From an uncultured archaeon (lineage in GTDB: Archaea; Asgardarchaeota; Lokiarchaeia; Sigyniarchaeales; SOKP01): a stretch of DNA of 64,000 nucleotides. This document shows, one piece after another, positions 49,686 through 59,053 of the stretch (the first letter of the stretch is position 1; every line of letters starts with the position of its first letter). Location: contig CAZALK010000004.1 of NCBI GenBank assembly GCA_964486045.1, positions 64,001-128,000 of the forward strand, written 5' to 3'. A program made the translations under genes and the position numbers. The notes under the pieces were generated by a model. That model saw nothing but the letters and a program-made list of their open reading frames with translations. It searched no databases and was not told the DNA's origin.

Positions 49686-50246
49686 TTGATAATCGACATG
49701 AAAGACAATGAAGATAAAGAGATAGCACAAGATGATATTATTTTGGTACAGGAAGAGAAGAAAGATCCTATTAGCCAATTTTTCACTGATATTTTCACAG
49801 AAATGAAGAATGGCATTGATAGTTTATCTGAAGAATCGGGGGAATACTTCCTAAATGTAAAGAAAGATGTTTCTAGCGATTGGCAAAAGTTTAAGTTGTC
49901 CTGGAAAAATATGATTGAAAAAGTCAAGAATTTGGATCCTAAGCATAAAAGATTTAAGAAGTTGTATGACAAAATAAAAACTGTGGAATTAAAGGTCTCC
50001 GAAATTAAGGATGATACAACACAAATTAAATTGGAGATTTCTGAAGTTGCAACAATGATTGAGCATCTTATGGAGGGACACGAGGATCTTGAGACTTATA
50101 TGAAAGAAAATTTAGGATCCGATTGGAAGGTTTTGAAGAACTCATGGAAAAGATGTAAAAAAGGAGATATTACAAAGTGGGAATTCGCGAAGATAGGATT
50201 ATCAAGGGTAGGGAAGAAATTCGCTGGAATATTTATTAAAGTATAA
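49686..50246 (+). CDS. Coiled-coil hypothetical protein
   Basis: Heptad-rich core with a repeated SDW..(F/L)K.SWK motif. Confidence 0.6.
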   Translation: MIIDMKDNEDKEIAQDDIILVQEEKKDPISQFFTDIFTEMKNGIDSLSEESGEYFLNVKKDVSSDWQKFKLSWKNMIEKVKNLDPKHKRFKKLYDKIKTVELKVSEIKDDTTQIKLEISEVATMIEHLMEGHEDLETYMKENLGSDWKVLKNSWKRCKKGDITKWEFAKIGLSRVGKKFAGIFIKV

Positions 50247-50284
50247 TACAAAAACACCCCCCAATTTATTTGGATTTTATTAAC

Positions 50285-50686
50285 TTAATCGATTTTCCTA
50301 ATACTAATTAAAAATTCGACGAATAAACATCCGAAAACGAGGTCAACAATAACGGTTGCTACCGGAAGAAAGTTGGAGGCACCTATTATAAAATAGATTA
50401 GAAACAGTATAAAAAGATAGAATTTTCCTATTACACCTAACAATATAATACCGTGATTCTTTTCAATATTCCTCGATACTAGATAATAACCTATTCCGAA
50501 TAAAGAAGTTAAACCAAAAAAACCTTGAAAAAAAACCAGACTAGTTGGTGATTCCATACCAAACAAGGGAAATACTGAATCCGCGAGAGGAGATAAAGCT
50601 ATGAATAAAAATCCAACGACAAGGTTCCATATTGCCCCAATTAAGAATAAATATTTGTAATAATTTTTCCTTTCCAAACTATTCAT
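50285..50686 (-). CDS. 4-TM membrane hypothetical protein
   Basis: Four hydrophobic helices. Confidence 0.7.
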   Translation of the reverse strand: MNSLERKNYYKYLFLIGAIWNLVVGFLFIALSPLADSVFPLFGMESPTSLVFFQGFFGLTSLFGIGYYLVSRNIEKNHGIILLGVIGKFYLFILFLIYFIIGASNFLPVATVIVDLVFGCLFVEFLISIRKID

Positions 50687-50723
50687 AATGAATGACCTTT
50701 TGCTTTTTTAATTAATGTTTTTA

Positions 50724-51548
50724 TCATGCTGCAAAAAAGTCTTCTGGAAATAATGTCACAGGTCTCCATTCCAAAATATCTAACATTAGACTAGGTTTGA
50801 TGCTGTTTATCTTAAGAGGACGACCATTCTGAGTTGATATCACGAAAGGCCCAATAGCATTATTTTCAAAGTTGCTTTGGTAATTTTGCAAGTAGTGAAA
50901 GATTCCTTGAGCATTTATTGTTGATTTTATTGATTGATTATGATACAAAACACCAATTTGGGCTCTCGTTTCTCCAACACTGCAATTTTTCTCTTTAAAA
51001 TCAAGATTAACTTTAATTAATTTTCGTAATCTGCTTTCCTTGATAAGTAGTTTAGCACAGTATGGACAATTATTTTCTTTTAAATCATCTTTTTGAATTT
51101 TCCAACGGAAACCATAGCGTAATAACATAATATCGCATTCCTTACAAGCGAATATCTTCTTTCTAGTTCGGGAAATAGTGGGTTTTGCTCCTGGTCTATC
51201 AAGAATAACTTTTAAATAGTAGTGAATATCCGTCCCTTTTTTGTACTTGGCAATCTCTTCTAGCATTAGTATCCCAACCTCAGAGAACCTTTTTAATTTA
51301 TTGGTTTGTATTATATTCATTAAATCAATTAACCCAATCTCATTTAGTTTAAATTCTCTTCCTAACTTCTTTCCCTCCGAATCATTTACAGATACATAAT
51401 AATCTGCTGAATAATCACCATCATAATATTTGGTCTTGTAATCATTTATTGTTAAATAACAATTTGAAATTTGATCACCAACCTTTACCTTTAAACTATT
51501 TTTCAAATAGCTCTCTATTGGTGTAGCATCATCATTTTTAATTACCAT
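50724..51548 (-). CDS. Hypothetical protein with a C4 zinc finger, last gene of the Yeh-like operon
   Basis: CKEC...CPYC motif, 51 bp downstream of the vWA gene. Confidence 0.65.
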   Translation of the reverse strand: MVIKNDDATPIESYLKNSLKVKVGDQISNCYLTINDYKTKYYDGDYSADYYVSVNDSEGKKLGREFKLNEIGLIDLMNIIQTNKLKRFSEVGILMLEEIAKYKKGTDIHYYLKVILDRPGAKPTISRTRKKIFACKECDIMLLRYGFRWKIQKDDLKENNCPYCAKLLIKESRLRKLIKVNLDFKEKNCSVGETRAQIGVLYHNQSIKSTINAQGIFHYLQNYQSNFENNAIGPFVISTQNGRPLKINSIKPSLMLDILEWRPVTLFPEDFFAA

Positions 51549-51599
51549 TATATTTCATTTTTTCAATTTTTTATTTTTTAACAAAAAATCACTGAAAAT

Positions 51600-53045
51600 T
51601 CATTTCATAAGCTTAGCAATTAGCTCTGGAAGATTTTTTGGGGTACAAGCGAGAACATCTATACCCATTTGTTTCATTTCCCTTGCATAGCGACGATCAT
51701 ACATTGGCTGGCTATTATAACCGAGAGCCGCAATTCCTAAAATCTTTGTCTGACCTTCTAATACATGTTTTAATGCCTTGGTTAGATTATCATAACCTCC
51801 TCCTTCATAAAAATCGCTAATAATAACCATTATTGCTTTCTTAGGGTTTTTAATTAAAGATTGACCATATCGTACTGCTCTTGTAATATCAGTTCCACCT
51901 CCTAATTGAACAGACATTAACACATCAACGGGATCATCGATTTTACTTGAGAGATCAACAACTTGGGTGTCAAATATTAGGAGATTAGTATGAACAGATG
52001 GTAAAGTAGCAAAAATTGAAGCCATTACTATTGAATAGATAACTGAATCAGTCATAGATCCGCTCTCATCTATCATAACTACTATCTGCCAAGGTTTTTT
52101 CCTTCTTTCAGCGCTAAAAAAACGCGGTTCTGCCATTATTAATTTTTTTAAATTAGGATTATAGTGTTTCAGATTTCTCCGGATACTTTGTTTCCAGTCA
52201 ATATTTCTAAACACTTTAATAGGAGTATGTTTATCTCTTTTAATTGCTCCTACGATATGTCGTTCTACTTCTTGTTTAAATTTATTTTTTAAAGCATTTA
52301 CTACTTTTTTCACAATTTTTCGTGCAATATTTTTAACATTCTCTGGAAGCATGTGTTTCATACTGATAATAACTTTTACCATCTCAAGACTCGGTTCCAC
52401 CTTATCGAATAACTCCGGATTTTTAATGATATCTTTTAAATCAGATCGTTCCACAAAATCTTTTTCAAGTACTTCTTTAGTTTGTTTTGGAAAGAATTTT
52501 TTGACATTTTCTATCCATTTTGGGATTGAAAGTCTGCTTCCCTCTAAACCAGCACTTCTTTTTTGATTAGGAGGATGGTAAACGAAATTTAGCGTATTAT
52601 CGATTTTAGTTAAAGTACTCGCTTGTGGTGTATGTGGAGTTTGTTGACTATTTCTTTGAGAATCTGTTTTAGATTCAGATTCTTCTCTTCCTCCTCCTGG
52701 CTTTTTTTTTTGACCTGATTTGGCTTGACTAGAACCAATTTTACCCGATCTGCCTCCAGGTCGAGATTTTGCTTGTCTTTTATGAGCATTGTTTTTCTTC
52801 ACTCCCTTTCCAGGTTTAGATTGTCCTGCCTTTGAAATATTTTGGTTAGCTTGAGTATTCAGATTATTTTGACCAGCCATCCCCGGATTAGGAGAACTAA
52901 AATTTATGCCCTGCTCTTCAGATTTTTTACCTAAAATTAATCTCCATCTATTTAAAGCTGACCTTTTCTCTTCAGAGAGATTTTTTGCATCAAATATTTG
53001 ATCTGACGTCAATTTATACCTCACCAAACCAAGTTTCAAAAACAT
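51600..53045 (-). CDS. YehP-like vWA (CoxE-like) protein
   Basis: RWRLILG, IDW..SIRRNL, MIDAS DESGSM, QLGGGTDI and ISDFYEG motifs. Confidence 0.92.
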   Translation of the reverse strand: MFLKLGLVRYKLTSDQIFDAKNLSEEKRSALNRWRLILGKKSEEQGINFSSPNPGMAGQNNLNTQANQNISKAGQSKPGKGVKKNNAHKRQAKSRPGGRSGKIGSSQAKSGQKKKPGGGREESESKTDSQRNSQQTPHTPQASTLTKIDNTLNFVYHPPNQKRSAGLEGSRLSIPKWIENVKKFFPKQTKEVLEKDFVERSDLKDIIKNPELFDKVEPSLEMVKVIISMKHMLPENVKNIARKIVKKVVNALKNKFKQEVERHIVGAIKRDKHTPIKVFRNIDWKQSIRRNLKHYNPNLKKLIMAEPRFFSAERRKKPWQIVVMIDESGSMTDSVIYSIVMASIFATLPSVHTNLLIFDTQVVDLSSKIDDPVDVLMSVQLGGGTDITRAVRYGQSLIKNPKKAIMVIISDFYEGGGYDNLTKALKHVLEGQTKILGIAALGYNSQPMYDRRYAREMKQMGIDVLACTPKNLPELIAKLMK

Positions 53046-55491
53046 CCCTTACCTTTTTATCAATAGATTTAAAGAATATTAGGATTTCGTCATCTACATC
53101 ATCAAAAACTTCATTAATTTTGGATTCCTTTAAGCCATAATGCTCTGCGAGTTTTTCTATGAATATTTCATATTCCCTTTGTTGGAGTTCTGAAAAGGCT
53201 TTTCTTAAAGCAGGTACAATTGCAGTAAAGATATCCCACTCAAGATTTTCAACTACTTCTGCGAAGAGTTCAATTATTTCCTTATTAAATAAAATTTTAG
53301 CTTGACATACATAAATAATTCCCCGAATCAAATCTCCCACTTTTACTTGGATTGATTGAACACTATTCACATCATCAAGAACATTTCGTTTTATTTCATT
53401 AATGCTAAGTTTATTCATAAGATAAAGTATGCCTAAATTACCGCCTTTTATAAACTCATTTCGAGTGGAATCTATGCATGTTTTGATACTTTCTGTAAAA
53501 ACATATAGATCAAGGTCAAGTTCTGTTATTGAGTTAAAAGAATCCGCTAATTTCTTTATTGTTACAATGTATTTTTCCGCATCTTGCTGTGGTGGATTAG
53601 CAAAATTCGGAATAGCATAACAACACGTATAATAACAACGATTGATTAATTTGGTTATGAGTTCTATGATTTCTTTTCTCGCATCCATCATTAAAAGATA
53701 TTGATGGATCATAATCAAATTAAAAAATCCACCAGAAAGGCTTAAAAGTTGGTTATCTACACTTATAGAATTGTCACATTCGGTATATAGTTTTTCAAAC
53801 TGATCTGAAAACCCCATTAATAAACTTTGGAATAGTAGATTAGTTACTTTATTAAAATTTTTAATACTTTTTTTAGTCTCCTCAATTAGCATACTATTAC
53901 TTGCTTCTTCCACTGAAGCGCCAAAAGCGCTAAGTTCAACGAGTTTTGTATCAATTCTTGGAGTCCAATGTAATGCCCAGACTTCTGTAAATACTCCTGT
54001 TATCCCTTGCAAAACATCTGGACCAGAAACCCGCGCCAAATAATCTATTCCTAAAAATTTTATTCTCCAAAACAGTTGTGATGTTTCTATATCTTTTTCT
54101 TCGCGTAAACTCAAATGTATTTCTTGTGACCTTTCTTCAAGATCAATTCCACGCGATTCTAATTGAAGATAAAAATCCTCTTGGAGTGGTAATCTTCCTA
54201 TTTTTTTAGTTACTTTTCCTACCTTATATCCAATTGTTTTACTATATATATAATCTTCTAAATACTTTCCATCTATTTTTGGATTCCCTTTTATGAGTGA
54301 CATATAAATTGCATCAACAATATCTTTTAATCCTGGTTCTGAACGTCGTCTCAACATCGCGAGCATTTTTGCCCCATTATATGCATTTATAGAATCAGAA
54401 ATAGAAATAAGGTGGCCTCCTTGACGAGCACTTCTAAAAATGTCTGTAATAATCTCTAATGCAGTAGCTTCATAAGTTTTATGAACTTTGGAATTGAATT
54501 TTTCCCAAATATTATTATAAAATTGGGGTGCTTGGTTTCCAGAAAGATAACCTGACTTTTGGCTAATTCTGAAATAAGAGAATGGAATTAATGAATTAGT
54601 CATACCCTTAACAGGAAATGTGTAATTTTTCGCTGAAGTATCTGGAAGTGCGATTGAATGGATACCTCCAGTTATCACCAACACATCTCTTCTTTTAACT
54701 TTGTATTTATTTATATATTTTTCAATCTGATATTTCATGTAGGCTTCTCTCGCGAGTGTACCATCTATTTTGAGTAAGCTTTTGTCTAGTGTTTGACGTA
54801 TGCACGAGCAAAATAATAAGATACTTTCTCTTAACTGATTAATATTAGAATGAGGGGCATTAATTTCAAATAGAGTTTCCCATGTTTCATTAAAACTGTC
54901 AAATTCAAATACTTGTGCAAATTTTTGATAAAATTTGCTAATTGTATATACCATTTCTTTTTGAACAATAAAGGAATTTAAATCTTTTTTTTCATGAATT
55001 TCAGAAAAAAACGATAGTAATCCTGTCATAGGTAAATCAATAAAATGTGTTGGTATTTTCTTTTTTACACATTCAGTTAATGCAACCATTTCGGGGGAGT
55101 AAGAAACAAACGGATATAAAACTTCAAAACGAGCAGGTAGAGAAACATCTGGACTAAGAATTCCATTTAGACTAAATTTATTGTTAATATCTGAAAACAT
55201 CGAAAGGATGGCAATAGGCGGAATTGTATCTTTAGCAACCATAAATTGTATTAGTTTATCTGCAACCGTTGGACCTTCTATTAACACCAATTTAGGTTTA
55301 TGAACTTCTATCCATTTTTTTACTAGAAAACTAGAACCTGGTGAATGATGGCGAATTGGCAGATATTTAATTTCAGCTTTTTTTACTTTTTGAACCTGAT
55401 CGTCAATTAAATCAGTGTCTAATTGGAGTAAGTCTCCAATTTCATATAAAATGTTCTTTAAATTTGTTGCATTTAAGGTATTATTGCTCAT
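53014..55491 (-). CDS. YehM-like DUF5682 protein
   Basis: IRHHSPG, LIEGP, YSPE, REAYM, VITGGIH and PFSY.R....SGY.SG motifs. Confidence 0.9.
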   Translation of the reverse strand: MSNNTLNATNLKNILYEIGDLLQLDTDLIDDQVQKVKKAEIKYLPIRHHSPGSSFLVKKWIEVHKPKLVLIEGPTVADKLIQFMVAKDTIPPIAILSMFSDINNKFSLNGILSPDVSLPARFEVLYPFVSYSPEMVALTECVKKKIPTHFIDLPMTGLLSFFSEIHEKKDLNSFIVQKEMVYTISKFYQKFAQVFEFDSFNETWETLFEINAPHSNINQLRESILLFCSCIRQTLDKSLLKIDGTLAREAYMKYQIEKYINKYKVKRRDVLVITGGIHSIALPDTSAKNYTFPVKGMTNSLIPFSYFRISQKSGYLSGNQAPQFYNNIWEKFNSKVHKTYEATALEIITDIFRSARQGGHLISISDSINAYNGAKMLAMLRRRSEPGLKDIVDAIYMSLIKGNPKIDGKYLEDYIYSKTIGYKVGKVTKKIGRLPLQEDFYLQLESRGIDLEERSQEIHLSLREEKDIETSQLFWRIKFLGIDYLARVSGPDVLQGITGVFTEVWALHWTPRIDTKLVELSAFGASVEEASNSMLIEETKKSIKNFNKVTNLLFQSLLMGFSDQFEKLYTECDNSISVDNQLLSLSGGFFNLIMIHQYLLMMDARKEIIELITKLINRCYYTCCYAIPNFANPPQQDAEKYIVTIKKLADSFNSITELDLDLYVFTESIKTCIDSTRNEFIKGGNLGILYLMNKLSINEIKRNVLDDVNSVQSIQVKVGDLIRGIIYVCQAKILFNKEIIELFAEVVENLEWDIFTAIVPALRKAFSELQQREYEIFIEKLAEHYGLKESKINEVFDDVDDEILIFFKSIDKKVRDVFETWFGEV

Positions 55492-55515
55492 CTTATCGAA
55501 ATTGTCTGTATAATA

Positions 55516-56793
55516 TTATAAAAGTTTACGAAATGCACTATCGAACTCCCTCCATATAGGGGATTGGGAAGTTCGATTTCTTACTGCCATATTAAAATAC
55601 TCTCTTAACTTTGGGAGATTTTCTTTATCATCTTTAACAACAGCATCAATGATGTTCATAGCGATATGTTTTGGTTCCACTTTTGCTTTTCCGAAATATT
55701 TAGCATTGATAGCACTATCTACTAATAGTGAAATTTCTTCAGAAGTTGACATAACGGTGGAAATAGGAGTAAATCTGCCTCCTCTTGTACTTCTCCCTGT
55801 TCTCAATTCTTGGAAAACTGTAATTAATAAATCCAAGGTTTCATCTGGAATTTGGATTTTGAATCCTATTTTTGATAGTAAATCATCTGTACGTTGTATA
55901 ACAATTTTCTTTTCCAGATTTTTATCTTGAATTACTGGAATATAAATAAAATTAAATCGACGTTTTAGAGCAGCACTCATTTCGTTTACACCTCTATCTC
56001 TATCATTAGCAGAGGCTATTATATTAAAACCCGGGATTCCAAAGATTAAGTATTTAGAGCCCAGTTCTGGTACTGGTATAACCTTTTCAGAGAGGATAGA
56101 TATCATACTATCTTGAATTTCTTGTGGGCATCTAGTTAATTCTTCAAATCGGAGAATTTTCCCTTCTCTCATAGAATTGATTGTAGGGGAGGGGACAAGT
56201 GATTTCGGACTAGGCCCTTCTGAAACTAGTAACGCATAGTTCCACGAATACCTAATCTGATCTTCAGTAGTCCCCGCCGTCCCCTGTATTAAATATGTAC
56301 TTGTTCCACAAATTGCTGCTGAAAGATGCTCTGAAAGCCATGATTTAGCGGTACCTGGCTCCCCGATAAGCATTAAAGCTCTTTCGCTTGCTAAAGTGAC
56401 GATTGATTTTTGGATTATATTTCGATCCCCAAAAAATTTGGTGGATATCTTAATCTTTTTTTGTCCACCATTTTGTTTTAAGGGAAATTCTTCATCGGAA
56501 CCTGAAATAAACAATTCAACCATCTTCGGTGATAACTGCCAATTCGGAGGTTTAGGGTAAGTATCATTTTGTATCAATGCTAATAATTCTTCTTTATGTA
56601 AATCCTCTGCGGGAACCCGAATTTTTTGATCTTTAGTTTTAACCGCTTTTTTATCTTTCCCTAAAATAATGTCCTTAGTTTTTTTAATAATTTTCGCAGG
56701 AGTGTTTGGTTTTTTAGGAATGGTTTGTTTCTGAGGAGTTTTTTTTAATGGAGCTTTTTTTATAGGTGTTTTTTTCTTAGCCATAATTTTCAC
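55516..56793 (-). CDS. YehL-like MoxR AAA+ ATPase
   Basis: PPNWQLSP, GEPGTAKSWLSE, QGTAGTTE, RFEELTR and DRGVNEMSAALKRRFNF motifs. Confidence 0.93.
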   Translation of the reverse strand: MKIMAKKKTPIKKAPLKKTPQKQTIPKKPNTPAKIIKKTKDIILGKDKKAVKTKDQKIRVPAEDLHKEELLALIQNDTYPKPPNWQLSPKMVELFISGSDEEFPLKQNGGQKKIKISTKFFGDRNIIQKSIVTLASERALMLIGEPGTAKSWLSEHLSAAICGTSTYLIQGTAGTTEDQIRYSWNYALLVSEGPSPKSLVPSPTINSMREGKILRFEELTRCPQEIQDSMISILSEKVIPVPELGSKYLIFGIPGFNIIASANDRDRGVNEMSAALKRRFNFIYIPVIQDKNLEKKIVIQRTDDLLSKIGFKIQIPDETLDLLITVFQELRTGRSTRGGRFTPISTVMSTSEEISLLVDSAINAKYFGKAKVEPKHIAMNIIDAVVKDDKENLPKLREYFNMAVRNRTSQSPIWREFDSAFRKLL

Positions 56794-56799
56794 ATTATT

Positions 56800-57960
56800 T
56801 TATTTTGGTTTTACTTTATAAACTTGTTTTAAATATTCTCTATTATCAAGAGTATGAACTTGTGAAATAGATGGGAAATTTATATGATTATTATCTATAA
56901 TACTAAGAGGGAATAATCCAAGTTGCCCTCTCTCTAAAATTAATTTACAGAATAAACCATCTATTTTTGTAGATTTTTTGTAAAAGTCATCAAACTTAGT
57001 GATTAAATTTTTATTAATATCTTTTTCCGGAATTCGGACAAATAAAGGATATTTCTTTTCATGATCTAGCGGATATATATTCACAGGAGTCTTCTTTTTA
57101 TCTTCTCCTTCTTTATAACTTCCAATAACATGTGCCTGCTTTATATATATATAATCAAGGAAGCTTGCAGGCAGATCAAATGGAGTAATGTCATGGTCTT
57201 TCCTAAGCATTTTATATATCTCTCCTGAATCAAAATAAAACTTTTCCAGTTTTGATATAGAAAATACATCTTCAACTGACTCAGCTGTTTCTTCAACAAA
57301 TACCTTTGAATCGGGATTTTTTTCCAAGAATATATTTCCTTCCTTAATTGCAGTAGGAATATTTTCAGTTTCAAAATAAGTAGAAAGAATTTTTTCTATG
57401 GCACATGGTGGCTCGGAATTGGGTAAAGCAGTTTGGAATAAAACATCTGGATTAAAACCCTTTTTGTAAGGATACATCAAATTCCATTTAAGTATAGCTC
57501 CCCTAGTTTTTCCGAATAAAGACATGAAATAAAAAATTAACCCAATCATCGTTCCTTCTAAAACGATTTTCTCAATTCCCGTTACTCGTAATAAAAATCT
57601 ACTCATTATTTCTGTTTCTGATAATTTCCCCATCAACTTATCGAAAAATTCGACTTTCTTATTATTTTTTTGGGCTTCGATGAATGATATAAAAGCCCTA
57701 CTCTGCAACCAACAATTACTCAAGAAAAAGACATACCTTTCAATGTTAAATGCTGGACTATTATCTAAAAACCTTTTTAATTCTACGTGTAAATACCGAA
57801 GTGATGTTGCTAATCTGAATGATTCTAATTGTGATATGTTTTGTAAAAAGAATTCAATCTCTCTAATTCTTTCCTGGGTGACTAAATTTAACCCCTTATA
57901 TGTTAAATTTTCACAGTATTTTTTTATTTGTTCACAAACTTTCTCTAATTGGATTTTCAT
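56800..57960 (-). CDS. Hypothetical protein of the Yeh-like operon
   Basis: 386 aa with RLATSLR. Ends 6 bp before the ATPase gene. Confidence 0.7.
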   Translation of the reverse strand: MKIQLEKVCEQIKKYCENLTYKGLNLVTQERIREIEFFLQNISQLESFRLATSLRYLHVELKRFLDNSPAFNIERYVFFLSNCWLQSRAFISFIEAQKNNKKVEFFDKLMGKLSETEIMSRFLLRVTGIEKIVLEGTMIGLIFYFMSLFGKTRGAILKWNLMYPYKKGFNPDVLFQTALPNSEPPCAIEKILSTYFETENIPTAIKEGNIFLEKNPDSKVFVEETAESVEDVFSISKLEKFYFDSGEIYKMLRKDHDITPFDLPASFLDYIYIKQAHVIGSYKEGEDKKKTPVNIYPLDHEKKYPLFVRIPEKDINKNLITKFDDFYKKSTKIDGLFCKLILERGQLGLFPLSIIDNNHINFPSISQVHTLDNREYLKQVYKVKPK

Positions 57961-57968
57961 TGTGCTCT

Positions 57969-58328
57969 TTATTCTTTTTGTAAATCCTTTTTTACAATCT
58001 CAAGGGTCATTATCCTCTCAAACATTCTTATAATCGTAATTATATGCAATATATATATCGCCAAATCTTGTTTAAGGTCGTTCGTAACATTACCTTGTAA
58101 TAGTTGATCTATTTTTGCTATAAACGAAGTTAGTTTCTTGTTTAGGATATTCATGTGCATATTTTCTAAGTTATTCTTTAAATTGATTATTTTATTATAA
58201 TCTTCTTGACTTACGCTTTCTATTCCTTTAATTAATATTTCATTTAGATGAGGTTTAATTGAATCGAAAACGGAGAAAATTGCTTCTGCATTATTGTGTT
58301 CCATATAAATTGATCCTCTCTTAATCAA
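57969..58328 (-). CDS. Helical-bundle hypothetical protein of the Yeh-like operon
   Basis: 119 aa, overlapping the SWIM gene stop. Confidence 0.65.
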   Translation of the reverse strand: MIKRGSIYMEHNNAEAIFSVFDSIKPHLNEILIKGIESVSQEDYNKIINLKNNLENMHMNILNKKLTSFIAKIDQLLQGNVTNDLKQDLAIYILHIITIIRMFERIMTLEIVKKDLQKE

Positions 58329-58816
58329 AAAGCCATAAAATCTTCAGGTAAAATTTCAACAGGGCGCCATTCTATTTTTCCTTCAATTGCATTTTGATAT
58401 TTTAAAAATATTGCTGTTGCTTCTGGTTTTATGAATTTTGGTTTAAAATTAATCGTATTATTTACCCAACTGATTATTTCATTTACGGTTGCTTGTTTTG
58501 ATTTAACTGTAGCAATTAGCGCAAGTATAATATGTTTACAAATTTTACCTCTTAAACCACCACATGAATAGAGATTTTGGGTGCCACAGAAAAAAGTCCC
58601 ATCACTATTTAACGATACCGCATATTCTAATTTATCTGGATGCGTTTGAGATTTAATTACTGCTCTTAAGGCATTATCTGTTTTATCAACATAGAGGAGA
58701 TTTGACTCCTTTTTAAACATTCTAATTGCCTTATTAATTCGAGGTGGGATCTTTTCATCTCTTATTGACGACTTTAATTTATCCACAAATTTTAGTATAT
58801 CTTCGGATACACTCAT
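58325..58816 (-). CDS. Variant SWIM zinc-finger protein
   Basis: CGTQNLYSCGGLRGKICKH motif. Confidence 0.8.
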   Translation of the reverse strand: MSVSEDILKFVDKLKSSIRDEKIPPRINKAIRMFKKESNLLYVDKTDNALRAVIKSQTHPDKLEYAVSLNSDGTFFCGTQNLYSCGGLRGKICKHIILALIATVKSKQATVNEIISWVNNTINFKPKFIKPEATAIFLKYQNAIEGKIEWRPVEILPEDFMAF

Positions 58817-59053
58817 TTGAAACTTCCTAGATTTTTGATAATTATTTTAATTTTACCAATTTAAACTATTAACTTTTATCCCAGTTTTAATTTATTATCA
58901 AAAACATATTATGGCCATTTCCAGAGGATTTAATAACGATTTAATTCTATTATTAAAAAATTCTTTATCTCAATTTCTTTAAATACATTAGATTTTAAAA
59001 TTTAATTATACATCAAAATTCTCAAAAGATGACAAAAATTAAATGGGGGAAAA

